45,060 nucleotides of DNA from Bdellovibrionota bacterium (GTDB lineage: Bacteria; Bdellovibrionota_C; UBA2361; JBGSMV01): contig JBIKWF010000025.1 in NCBI GenBank assembly GCA_044356455.1, positions 1 to 45,060 of the forward strand, in the 5' to 3' direction. The notes beneath the pieces were generated by a model. The model made no database searches. It saw only the letters and a list, made by a program, of their open reading frames with translations, and had not been told where the DNA came from. Below, in pieces: positions 27,841 to 36,659 of the stretch; positions within the stretch are counted from its first letter, which is position 1; each line of letters opens with the position of its first letter. The translations under genes and the position numbers were made by a program.

Positions 27841-28541
27841 TAAGCGTGCAAGTGCGAGCTGATCATAAGCCTCGCCTGCGTCCGGCTTCGACTTCTAAGC
27901 GCTCTGCCTTAGCTGCTTTTACTTTAATTGAGCTTGTCATTGTTATCACCATAATTGGGGTAATGCTGGCACTCTTTGGCCTGCGCACAGGCACCTTCAA
28001 TTATTGGAGAGACGAAGGTTTTCTTAGGCGTCTCACGGAGACCATGGTGTTTCTCAATCGCCAAGCGGTGGTTGACGGGAATTACTATCGGCTCGAACTC
28101 GATTTCGCAAAATCACAGTACTCGGTGGGTGTAATGCAAGACGCATCCGGCGTCGCAAGCGCCTCGGCCGCAGCAACCGCGGGGGCTCTTGGCAACCTCA
28201 GCTTGGAGCTCAATGAAATTTTAAGCCCGGCACTTGGCAGTACTCAGACGCTCATTCCCCCGCCTTCGCTCCCTTCACTTGCCGAGCCAGTCCCCTTTCC
28301 CGAGGGACTCATACTAAAAAATGTGAAGACTGCCCGCGGCGTTCAGGACCAAGCGAGCGAGGAACCAGCCTACATCCTCTTCTCGCCGCGTGGCTTTTCC
28401 GAGTTTGCCGTGATTCACCTCTCCCTTACGAATGGCGATCCTGTGACTATTGCGGTGAATCCCTTCACCGGACTTGCAGAGGTATACCGAGAGGAAAGAG
28501 ATTTCGACTGGAATTATGGAAAATCGAAGAGCGAGGACTAG
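27837..28541 (+). CDS. gspH: Minor pseudopilin (GspH position)
   Basis: A|FTLIELVIV N-methylation motif, ILFSPRG and VNPFTG motifs, 4-bp overlap with gspG. Confidence 0.8.
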   Translation: MISVQVRADHKPRLRPASTSKRSALAAFTLIELVIVITIIGVMLALFGLRTGTFNYWRDEGFLRRLTETMVFLNRQAVVDGNYYRLELDFAKSQYSVGVMQDASGVASASAAATAGALGNLSLELNEILSPALGSTQTLIPPPSLPSLAEPVPFPEGLILKNVKTARGVQDQASEEPAYILFSPRGFSEFAVIHLSLTNGDPVTIAVNPFTGLAEVYREERDFDWNYGKSKSED

Positions 28542-29073
28542 AGGGAGTTTGCCGATTTCCCTCCTCACAGAGACCGCTACCGACGCATCTCGGATCCGAG
28601 GTGTGCGCTCTGGTGCGCCAGCTCGAGGGCATCGCAGAAGGCCCACGAACTCAGGCTTTACCCTGATTGAAATAATTATCGCAGTACTGATTCTTGCCTC
28701 TTCACTGATGATACTTCTTGGCCTTCAATCGGCGACGGTGCGTAGAGCAATTCAAGACCGTGAAACTCAGCAGGCGATGCTCGTTGCTCGCGAGATCATG
28801 TCGATGATTGAAACAGTCAAAGATCCGGCTCTCATCCAGGACGCCTCAGGCACTGCAGAAGAAGTTATTAAATCAGTCTCGGGCGGCGCGGCGCTGCCCG
28901 AGGATGGCATTGACCCTAGCGGTCAGTTCAACGTGGATCTTGCCATCGAAAAGGTGCCCCTCCCCATTATTGGCGATGACCGCATGACGAGGCTTACCCT
29001 TACCCTGACGTGGGAGGGCGGGCCCCCTCAAGGGCTTACGTTAGATTACTTTATTGCTCTGGAGCCTACGTAA
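28516..29073 (+). CDS. gspI: Minor pseudopilin (GspI position)
   Basis: G|FTLIEIIIAVLILA and gene order. The start is uncertain. Confidence 0.8.
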   Translation: MENRRARTRGSLPISLLTETATDASRIRGVRSGAPARGHRRRPTNSGFTLIEIIIAVLILASSLMILLGLQSATVRRAIQDRETQQAMLVAREIMSMIETVKDPALIQDASGTAEEVIKSVSGGAALPEDGIDPSGQFNVDLAIEKVPLPIIGDDRMTRLTLTLTWEGGPPQGLTLDYFIALEPT

Positions 29074-29076
29074 GAG

Positions 29077-29838
29077 ATGCAGCAGGCGAAGCGCTCACAA
29101 GTCAGGAGTCACGGATTTACGCTGATTGAACTCGTCATCGCTATCACCATTTTGGTGGTGATTATGTCGTTCGCCTACTCTTCACTTTCCAGCATTGTGC
29201 AAAGCAAGAACGCGCTTGATGACGGAAGAGATGCGGATATGGTCGCAAATGCCGTACTTACTCGCCTCACACGAGAGCTAAGTCTCGCGGCTATAAGCGG
29301 AAAATCCTCGGGCAGCTCTGGTACCAGTGAGACTCTTTTCCCGCCCTGTAATCTTGACGACGACAACCCCAAATTCCCCGGCGTGCGACTTCTTGGTGAA
29401 AAAGAAACCCAGCGCTCAGGAATCCGCGGAGACTCGATAAGTTTCATTGCCTCCGATGCAGGCCAGTACCTTCCGGACGGAGGAACCCACACAGGACTCG
29501 TTCAAATTAATTACCGAGTTGTCGAGAACGAGGATAAAGAATTAGACAAAGAAGGTCTTCACGTTCTCATGCGCGAAGAGATCCCTTTTCTCCCAAGCAG
29601 CGCCACGAGCAACACTGCGCGCTGGAAGCAAGTCTGCAAAAAGGCGATGACCTTCCCGATCACAAATCGCCTAAGTAATTTTTCTTTCGAGTATTTTGAT
29701 AGAGATTCAGGAAAATGGCTCGACTCCTGGAGCGGCACGAGCCTTTCGAGTAGCCCTACCTTAATTCGATTTTCGATTTCTCTGCGGTCGCCCAAGGGAG
29801 TGACAAGAACCTACGCTACCTCACTACCGGTGCGCTAA
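29077..29838 (+). CDS. gspJ: Minor pseudopilin (GspJ position)
   Basis: G|FTLIELVIAI, FEYFD...WLDSW, P..IRFSI, and gene order. Confidence 0.82.
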   Translation: MQQAKRSQVRSHGFTLIELVIAITILVVIMSFAYSSLSSIVQSKNALDDGRDADMVANAVLTRLTRELSLAAISGKSSGSSGTSETLFPPCNLDDDNPKFPGVRLLGEKETQRSGIRGDSISFIASDAGQYLPDGGTHTGLVQINYRVVENEDKELDKEGLHVLMREEIPFLPSSATSNTARWKQVCKKAMTFPITNRLSNFSFEYFDRDSGKWLDSWSGTSLSSSPTLIRFSISLRSPKGVTRTYATSLPVR

Positions 29839-29871
29839 GACTGCGAATGGTCGTCAAAAATCCGCTTAGCA

Positions 29872-30231
29872 TTAGGCAAAAGGGACGAGCTTGGATTTAA
29901 GAATTCGGCGGTCTCGTGTGACTAGTGGGATCTTATGAACCAGGCTTGTGGCAGCTATTATTTCATCAGCCGGATCACTCCGAAAATCAAGCTTCGTGCT
30001 CATACGACAGATCGGCAAGGTTAATGGCAAAATCTCTAATTGCCCCATGATGCGCGAAAATTCTATTGAATCGAACTCCAGCTCAATCCTCCCCAGCGCC
30101 TGAAGCTTCGCAAGCTCCCACAATACAATCGCAGAAATTGCCCAGGAATCACGACGCAAGATCTTGCGCTCGGCTGCCGTTAAATCTCCGCTCAGAGAAT
30201 GAAGGAGCATATGAGTGTCAAGATTCAGCAT
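29872..30231 (-). CDS. vapC: PIN-domain toxin (VapC family)
   Basis: LDTH, SAIVLWEL, DPADEIIAAT and LVTRD acidic PIN residues. Overlaps the upstream antitoxin. Confidence 0.92.
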   Translation of the reverse strand: MLNLDTHMLLHSLSGDLTAAERKILRRDSWAISAIVLWELAKLQALGRIELEFDSIEFSRIMGQLEILPLTLPICRMSTKLDFRSDPADEIIAATSLVHKIPLVTRDRRILKSKLVPFA

Positions 30232-30436
30232 CCCAACTCTCCCCGGTAGACATAATATCGCCAGTTATTCTCATTTTCCCTTTAAGACAGCCAATCAGAT
30301 CCGCCGAGCGCTCATGAATGGGAATGAGCTTCGCGACGGGCCGCCCATGTTTAGTGATGACAATTCCCTCCGGCGATAGATTATCCAGAATTGAGAGCGA
30401 TTGCTCTTTAAATTTACTGGCATTTATCTTCTTCAT
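30218..30436 (-). CDS. Phd/YefM-family antitoxin
   Basis: INASKFKEQ..ILD...IVITKHGRPVAKLIP. Confidence 0.92.
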   Translation of the reverse strand: MKKINASKFKEQSLSILDNLSPEGIVITKHGRPVAKLIPIHERSADLIGCLKGKMRITGDIMSTGESWDAES

Positions 30437-30442
30437 GCTCTC

Positions 30443-30473
30443 ATTGTATAACTGGTCAATATTTATGTCCAGT
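30443..30473 (-). promoter_or_regulatory. TA promoter with overlapping palindromic operator
   Basis: Minus strand TGGACA-17 bp-TACAAT, ending 6 nt before the antitoxin ATG. Inverted repeat ACTGGTCA-N7-TGTCCAGT (30451-30473) covers the spacer and -35. Confidence 0.7.
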
Positions 30474-30556
30474 CAATTAGATTGGTCATACAGCCTGCCA
30501 TCTATAACTATCGCCACACGGGAGAGAAAGTGTTCAGAATTGAGGGAATTACCTAG

Positions 30557-30817
30557 GAGCGTGTCCCGTAGAAATATAAATCTTCATTTTGGACACAATC
30601 CGTAGCCGCCTTTTCACACTGCAGTTCGATCGCGCCGAATTCTGCGAACTGAAAAGGCGAGCTGAGCCCCTATTCAAGGAAATTCCCGCGGAAAGGGCTG
30701 CTTGCGGCATTCTAGGGTGTTCGGGAGCTTGTAGGGCGTAAGAGAGATAGGGGCTAGGTGGGCTGTCCCGCTGCCACCACAACATGTAGTGGTAGAAACT
30801 TTCTACGGGACAGACTC
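30557..30817. mobile_element. 261-bp MITE-like element (second type)
   Basis: 18-bp terminal inverted repeats with 2 mismatches, GAGCGTGTCCCGTAGAAA...TTTCTACGGGACAGACTC, with CTAG on both sides (30553-30556, 30818-30821). Confidence 0.8.
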
Positions 30818-30821
30818 CTAG

Positions 30822-30951
30822 GGGACCTCTGAAAAGCAAACCTCTGTGTACCTCTGCGCACTCTGTGGTGAAATCTTCATGAAGAAATTCACCACAGAGG
30901 ACACGGAGGTACACAGAGGTGTATTAAGAATGGAGGTTTTTCAGAGGTTCC
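30822..30951. mobile_element. 130-bp MITE-like hairpin element, family A copy 4
   Basis: Ends GGGACCTCTGAAAA...TTTTCAGAGGTTCC with CTAG on both sides. Near reverse complement of 3156-3285. Confidence 0.87.
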
Positions 30952-30998
30952 CTAGCGCCCCCGAACTAGAAACCTCTACTCGCACCAGGACCAGTGCG

Positions 30999-31931
30999 CT
31001 AATTCTTGGCAGGAGGATTCTTCCCTATCATTCCCGAAGCCATGGCGATCATGGAGCCAAGGTCCGTAAGGTTAGCGGGGAGCACCATCGTGGTGCTGCT
31101 CTTCGCGAGATGCCCGAACTGCTGAATATACTGCTCTGCAATGCGCAGCTTCATAGCCTCTTGGCCGCCGCCCTCTCCTAACGCAAGGCCCACTTTTCGA
31201 AGCCCCTCTGCGGTCGCCTCTGCGACGGCGAGAATGGCGGAAGCTTGACCTTCTGCTTCGTTGATCTGCTGAAGCTTATTTGCCTCCGATTCCTTTACCA
31301 CACGCTGCTTATCACCCTCGGCAGCGTTAATCATCGCGTCACGCTCACCTTCTGAGGTAAGAATCTTCGCGCGTTTCTCACGTTCGGCACGCATCTGCTT
31401 CTCCATCGCCTGGAGCACTTCATGCGGTGGAATGATGTTCTTAATCTCGTAGCGTAAAACTTTTACACCCCAAGAAGAGGAAGCCTTATCAACCTCAGCA
31501 ACCACTAACTGATTAATTGAAGTACGCGCTTCGAACGTGCGATCAAGATCAATCTTTCCTACCTCACTTCTCAAGGTCGTCTGCGCAAGCTGAATCAGAG
31601 CATCTACGTAATTTGAAATTCCGTATGATGCGTCGTGAGGGTCAAGCACCTGAAGGTAAAGCACTCCGTCGACGCCAACCTGAACGTTATCCCGCGTGAT
31701 GCAGGTCTGCTCAGGGATATCAATCGCTTGTTCTTTAAGAATATGCCGATAGCTAACCCGATCGAGAAACGGGATAAGAACATGAAAGCCTGCGTAAAGA
31801 GTTCCGCGATACTTTCCCATGCGCTCAACGACAAAGGCATGCTGCTGGGGAACAACTACCGCAGTCTTGAAGAGTACAATAAAGAAAAAGACAACAAGCG
31901 AAATTCCAAGGGCAGTGAGAATCATTGACAT
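30999..31931 (-). CDS. SPFH/stomatin-like (QmcA/paraslipin-type) protein
   Basis: N-terminal TM, VVERMGKY, ITRDNV, AQTTLRSEVG, WGVKVLRYEIK, MEKQMRAEREKRA. GGAGG precedes ATG 31931. Confidence 0.93.
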   Translation of the reverse strand: MSMILTALGISLVVFFFIVLFKTAVVVPQQHAFVVERMGKYRGTLYAGFHVLIPFLDRVSYRHILKEQAIDIPEQTCITRDNVQVGVDGVLYLQVLDPHDASYGISNYVDALIQLAQTTLRSEVGKIDLDRTFEARTSINQLVVAEVDKASSSWGVKVLRYEIKNIIPPHEVLQAMEKQMRAEREKRAKILTSEGERDAMINAAEGDKQRVVKESEANKLQQINEAEGQASAILAVAEATAEGLRKVGLALGEGGGQEAMKLRIAEQYIQQFGHLAKSSTTMVLPANLTDLGSMIAMASGMIGKNPPAKN

Positions 31932-32049
31932 ACTAATAAGTTCCTCCAAGGGAGCCACAATCAAAACAACTCTCACCTCAGAGCATAAGCCCTACTTCCT
32001 GAGAGAACGCGGAAGCGCCTCAAGAAGATGAGAGTAAGGTACAAAGAAA

Positions 32050-32484
32050 CTACAAACGAGCCCTTACGATGAGCGTGATGCCCTCAACTTCGGCGACAAG
32101 GCAGCGTGTCCCGGGAGTGAGGGTATCGGGGCACTCGTTACGAACTCTCCAGACACTACCACGCAGTTGTCCTTCTCCTACCGCGCCAGGGAGAATCTCA
32201 GAGGTAATTTCTACCTCTTTACCTTCTGGACCACGGTCGGTGTCCCCGCCAGGCGTCATAGTAGTCCTGCCCACCATGTACTTTCGCACAAAGGCGAGAA
32301 GCACCGTTGAGATGGCAACCAAAAGAAACCAATGGAGCCAAAGGGGCCCCGCAATTCCGAGGGCCGCAAGGAGACCGGTTGTAATAGCACCTATGCCGAT
32401 AAGGAATATGAAGAACCCTGTCGGAACAAAGAGCTCAATCACCAAAAGGGCTAAGCCAAAGAGAATCCAAATCCACCAATTCAT
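32050..32484 (-). CDS. Short NfeD-family membrane protein (YbbJ-like)
   Basis: WWIW..GLALLVIEL..P, C-terminal OB-fold GSVW...VEGITLIV, directly upstream of the SPFH gene. Confidence 0.88.
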   Translation of the reverse strand: MNWWIWILFGLALLVIELFVPTGFFIFLIGIGAITTGLLAALGIAGPLWLHWFLLVAISTVLLAFVRKYMVGRTTMTPGGDTDRGPEGKEVEITSEILPGAVGEGQLRGSVWRVRNECPDTLTPGTRCLVAEVEGITLIVRARL

Positions 32485-32490
32485 GCTCGT

Positions 32491-32519
32491 CGAATAGGGC
32501 ATGTTGCGTAAATTGTCAA
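32491..32519 (-). promoter_or_regulatory. Possible sigma70 promoter for nfeD-SPFH
   Basis: Minus strand TTGACA-17 bp-TATTCG, 6 nt before ATG 32484. The -10 box is imperfect. Confidence 0.4.
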
Positions 32520-32577
32520 AGAAAATCAGCTTCCTAAACTCGCGAAAGCGACGGGAATATGTGAAGCTACCGTCCAT

Positions 32578-33660
32578 ATGCCGCGAGAACGCGCACATTG
32601 GTACGTCCTTTCGGAAGCTACAAAACTGCTTCCCGCTACAAGCAAGGTGCGCCGCACCCTCGAGGAAGAAGTTTCCTGGGCCTACCTTGGAGCGGTTCTC
32701 CCAGACGCCCCCTACTTTAAGTCCCAAGGCAAGGACGAGTTCGCGGCAGACGTGGGAGAAAGAATCCACGGCTGTAGCGGAGAAGACACCTTTGCTCTCA
32801 TGCGTTCATGGGGCAGCGCCATTTCCCATGAGGCCCCGCCCAGTGAACTAGGAGCATCCTGGGCTCTCTGGCTTGGCTTTCTCTCGCATCTGGTGCTCGA
32901 CCAAGAGGCGCACCCCATGGTCTTCTTTCTTACGGGTGACTACTATCATCCCGACCCAGTGAAGAGATCGGCTGCGCGCGCGCGGCATAGACTCCTTGAA
33001 GTGCACTTAGAATCACTTATCCCGAGCACGGCAGACTTACCGAAGCTCATCGCGAGCCCTATTCATCAGCTCTCAGGCCGCTCAAGGGCTCCAATCGCCC
33101 TTTTCGCCAAGAAGGATTTTGAACAATCACAAAAGGCGCCGGGCTTTAGTGAAAGGGTTGAGGCTCAGATTCTCAAAAAAGCTGCCGCATCAAGAGGCGA
33201 CCCGGCAAGCCGCAGCATTGAAGAGCACCTCGCCCTCTGGGAATCGAGCATCTCAGATTTTTCCCTTATTCAGAGTCGGCTTCTCAGTACTACTCAGGGA
33301 TTGGCCGTAAGGATCCTCTCTGCTTTTCTCGGATCTCGATTACGGGAAATCGATGCCTTGTGCTCCTTCGGGCGTACACATCCCGAACACGCACTTCTTA
33401 ATCCGATATTTTATCGCAATCCAGTTTCAGGCGAGGCCTTCACGAAATCGCCTCTTGAGATTTTTAACCAGGCCGCCGCGAGATTAGCGTCCCTCTTTGA
33501 GCGTATCGAACCCGCCTTCCATGGGGAGCCTTTTAAGGCCGATCTCTTACCCCATGACCAAGGCACCTCGCTTTGCTTTAACCTCATGGGCGTTACCATA
33601 TCAGACGGCACACACTATTCCGAAGTGGGGCTTCCCATATCGGGGCTGACGATTTCATAG
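32578..33660 (+). CDS. Zinc-dependent phospholipase C-family protein
   Basis: MP....H, YLGAVLPD, H, GFLSHLVLD...HP and H..LE metal-ligand pattern. Confidence 0.8.
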   Translation: MPRERAHWYVLSEATKLLPATSKVRRTLEEEVSWAYLGAVLPDAPYFKSQGKDEFAADVGERIHGCSGEDTFALMRSWGSAISHEAPPSELGASWALWLGFLSHLVLDQEAHPMVFFLTGDYYHPDPVKRSAARARHRLLEVHLESLIPSTADLPKLIASPIHQLSGRSRAPIALFAKKDFEQSQKAPGFSERVEAQILKKAAASRGDPASRSIEEHLALWESSISDFSLIQSRLLSTTQGLAVRILSAFLGSRLREIDALCSFGRTHPEHALLNPIFYRNPVSGEAFTKSPLEIFNQAAARLASLFERIEPAFHGEPFKADLLPHDQGTSLCFNLMGVTISDGTHYSEVGLPISGLTIS

Positions 33661-33665
33661 GGTTT

Positions 33666-34493
33666 ATGGCTGCTCAGGTCTCAAAGTGCTCTTGGCCCCC
33701 TCCTCAGCTACCACTTAAGAATCTCACCGTGCATGCAGAGAATGCTAAGAGCCCTACTTCTTATGCCCTTCTCCTGCATGGCCTTACGGGAACTCCGCTT
33801 GAAATGCTGCCACTCGCTAAATCACTCGCACAGCGCGGAGTTGAATCCTCTATTCCTCTTTTGCCTGGTCACGGGACTACCTTAGACGACTTGAGCTCTA
33901 CAAGAATCGAGGAATGGGTTTTTTCTGCTGAACGGTCTCTTTTGTCCCTTAACTCAATATCCGAGGGGAAAGAAGTTTTGGTGTGCGGACTCTCCTTTGG
34001 AGCACTATTAGCACTTCGCCTTATGCGATCGCACCCTGGTCTCATTGCCATGGCAGTGCTCCTGTCACCTCCAATTGCCCTGCGCTCGAAAACAAACGAA
34101 TTCCTGCTTGGACTCCTCAGCATCGTCCCCGAGCCATTACTTGCGCTGCTGGGAACTAAGGCAAAAAAATCTCGGGAAGAAAACTACCTTTCACAAATGC
34201 ATTACGCCTATCCACGCCACTCACTAGCAGCAACTATCAGACTTACTAAGTTACGAGGTGAGATTCTTCGCGCGCCGCCTGCTTGGGAGAAGCCACTCCT
34301 GCTTGGAATCGATCCCCTTGACCATCTGGTAGATAGCCCAGAAGTAACTCGCTGGTTTCTCAAATCCTACCCAAGAGGCCGCACGTGTGAGCTTCTCAAG
34401 GGAGAACATGAACTAACCCTTGGGTATCGCAGTGAGGAGCTCTTCGGCCGAATTGGCGAACTCCTCAAGCGCAGTGAGCTCCCCCCTTTTTAA
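33666..34493 (+). CDS. Alpha/beta-hydrolase carboxylesterase
   Basis: LLHGLTG, LPGHG, GLSFG nucleophile elbow, DHLV and GEH catalytic Asp/His. Confidence 0.88.
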   Translation: MAAQVSKCSWPPPQLPLKNLTVHAENAKSPTSYALLLHGLTGTPLEMLPLAKSLAQRGVESSIPLLPGHGTTLDDLSSTRIEEWVFSAERSLLSLNSISEGKEVLVCGLSFGALLALRLMRSHPGLIAMAVLLSPPIALRSKTNEFLLGLLSIVPEPLLALLGTKAKKSREENYLSQMHYAYPRHSLAATIRLTKLRGEILRAPPAWEKPLLLGIDPLDHLVDSPEVTRWFLKSYPRGRTCELLKGEHELTLGYRSEELFGRIGELLKRSELPPF

Positions 34494-36640
34494 AGCACTG
34501 TCTCGGCGCTTTCATCAGGAGCTTGCTCAGCGGGCATGCTATCAGGACAAGTGAAAACATTCAGCTTCGGGGGGTTGTGCAATTGAGGATTATTCTCTGC
34601 CAAGCCGAAATAAGAGAGCTGCAAAAGCTCGAAAGCCCCAAGTGTCTGCTCAAGCTTTAGCGCGAGTTCCTGGTAAGATTGTCCAGAAACTCTCTCTTCT
34701 CCTCGATGAGTCAACCTGTAAAGGCTCACCTTAGATGAGAATCGCTCCCTTACCAGCTTATACGGGTAACAGATTATCGCATCCTCATAATCTGTGGCCT
34801 GGCTTGTAAGAAAGATTGGCCTTGTTTTTGAGATGCTCGATTCTGGATCTCTCTTCCCTGTCAGCAATACCTCACCCTGAGTAGCGTCCGTGAGACCTTC
34901 GCCAACGAGCGACAAGAGCGTTGTGGGGATATCGAGATGCTGAACTACCGCTCCCTTTTCCATAGTCGGCTTGAGGTTCTTGACATAGCCACCTGTAAAA
35001 ATAACCGGAACTCTGACGGCTTCCTCAAGAATTTGATTTCCGTGCGTCACCCTGCCTGATTCATGGAAAGATTCTCCGTGATCTCCCGTCAGAACGATTA
35101 GGGTGGAATCCCAGAGGCCCAAATCCTCGAGCTGTTTAAAGAAAAGACCTAACTCTCTATCCACATAGGAAACCACGTTGAGGTAGTTCTGGTGCAATGC
35201 CGGTGCGAGTGATGGGGGGTAACCAAAAAACGAGATTGGCTCAGCCAGCGCGGTATGCGGCGCCACCGGGGTCCCCATATCATCAAACCAATCGTAGGCA
35301 AAATGAGTCGCAGAAATATATAAAGCCACAAAAGCCTGGGGCTCTTGCTGCATAAAATTCCGGGCTAGAGATAGTCTTACTCTGTCGAAGTGATGGGAGG
35401 GTACTATAGGAGCGCCGTATATCCAGCTATCACCGGGGGAAAGCCACTGATTAATTCTTCGAGGATCTGGGTTAGCTTGGTCATAAAAAAGATCGATTTG
35501 AGACTTCCCGAAAAAACGCACCGTAACAGGCCAGTCCGATTGAAGATGAGCGGTGCGGTATCCCAAAGCCTTGAGAGAGTCATACAGGGTAAGCCCATTA
35601 AGCCTTGCATCGTCGAATAGATTGCGATTCTTTCCACGAAAGGGGTGCAGCCCTGTGAGCAGTCCCACATGTGAATATGCCGTCTCGGGAGCATTGGCAT
35701 AGGCATGAGAGAAAACGATTGAATTCTTCATCAAGGATTGCAGAAAAGGGAAAAACTTAGGATCCGTGAATTCAGGCGACAACGCATCTCTCCTTAGTGC
35801 TTCAACAGTAAGAAGAATAATGTACCGCGGAGCCTCGGGACTTCTTGTAGAAGGAGGAGCTTCTCGCTGTGAAAGATCCAGTTTCCGAAGAGGTTGCTCC
35901 GGAGTACGGCTCCATAGGGAACTTAGTTCAAATGCCCAGAGGCTGAGGGATGGAGAAATCGAGGTTTTTACGACTGGCGCAACAACTTCAAAAAGCTGTG
36001 TGCCAAAATGCGCTCTAAGAATAATCGGCCAAGCCGCAAGGACTACAAACGCGAATGCCACTTCGAGCGCGGCAGACTTTCGCCTGTCTCTCGTGCTGAG
36101 GGCGGGGCATAAGAAGTAGGTCAAAGCGGACAGAAGTCCAATCCACAGCAGCGAGAACACAAGAAGCCAGCCATCAGAGGTTTGGACTGCCATGAATAGT
36201 AAGAAGTAAATATCGGTCGTTCTAATCAGCCCAACAATCTGGTCTAAGCTCGGAAACGCGTTGGTAAAATAATAGACTATCCATGAAATCGAATTCGCCG
36301 CTACGACTACCGCGACGAAAGAGAGAGAGAGAATGGGGATAAGACGACGCAGCACCGAAGGCTTATGTATTCTTTTGAGCGATCCAACGACGAGGCGGAT
36401 AACAGCAAACTCGAGAAGAATGGCAAATATATTGACTGCCACATAGGACGATATCTGCCAGGTGCGAAGTAGATTGCTAAATCTCGAAAGGTTTTCGTAC
36501 CAGCTTTCAATAACTACGAAAGGCGCTAACCATATCAATAGCCAAATATACTTATAGATCCTGTCCACCAAAACCCACGATTTTCTTAAGCTGCGGCATG
36601 AATGGGATTGCTGAGAAGCTAAATCATGCCACAATGTCAC
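34490..36640 (-). CDS. Membrane-anchored sulfatase/alkaline-phosphatase-superfamily (LTA-synthase-like) protein
   Basis: About 5 N-terminal TM segments, IILLTVEALRRD, APET..S...LLTGLHP (Thr nucleophile), THF, TGDHGE, HG. Confidence 0.82.
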   Translation of the reverse strand: MTLWHDLASQQSHSCRSLRKSWVLVDRIYKYIWLLIWLAPFVVIESWYENLSRFSNLLRTWQISSYVAVNIFAILLEFAVIRLVVGSLKRIHKPSVLRRLIPILSLSFVAVVVAANSISWIVYYFTNAFPSLDQIVGLIRTTDIYFLLFMAVQTSDGWLLVFSLLWIGLLSALTYFLCPALSTRDRRKSAALEVAFAFVVLAAWPIILRAHFGTQLFEVVAPVVKTSISPSLSLWAFELSSLWSRTPEQPLRKLDLSQREAPPSTRSPEAPRYIILLTVEALRRDALSPEFTDPKFFPFLQSLMKNSIVFSHAYANAPETAYSHVGLLTGLHPFRGKNRNLFDDARLNGLTLYDSLKALGYRTAHLQSDWPVTVRFFGKSQIDLFYDQANPDPRRINQWLSPGDSWIYGAPIVPSHHFDRVRLSLARNFMQQEPQAFVALYISATHFAYDWFDDMGTPVAPHTALAEPISFFGYPPSLAPALHQNYLNVVSYVDRELGLFFKQLEDLGLWDSTLIVLTGDHGESFHESGRVTHGNQILEEAVRVPVIFTGGYVKNLKPTMEKGAVVQHLDIPTTLLSLVGEGLTDATQGEVLLTGKRDPESSISKTRPIFLTSQATDYEDAIICYPYKLVRERFSSKVSLYRLTHRGEERVSGQSYQELALKLEQTLGAFELLQLSYFGLAENNPQLHNPPKLNVFTCPDSMPAEQAPDESAETVL

Positions 36641-36659
36641 GCACCGTTGAAGCGCAGAT

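Noticed and set aside
3156..30951. Repeats as a CRISPR array
   Set aside because: They are dispersed inverted hairpins, not direct repeats with unique spacers, and no cas genes are present.
30999..31931. Functional link between the SPFH gene and the P1B-5 ATPase
   Set aside because: They are about 26 kb apart and the SPFH gene has its usual nfeD partner.
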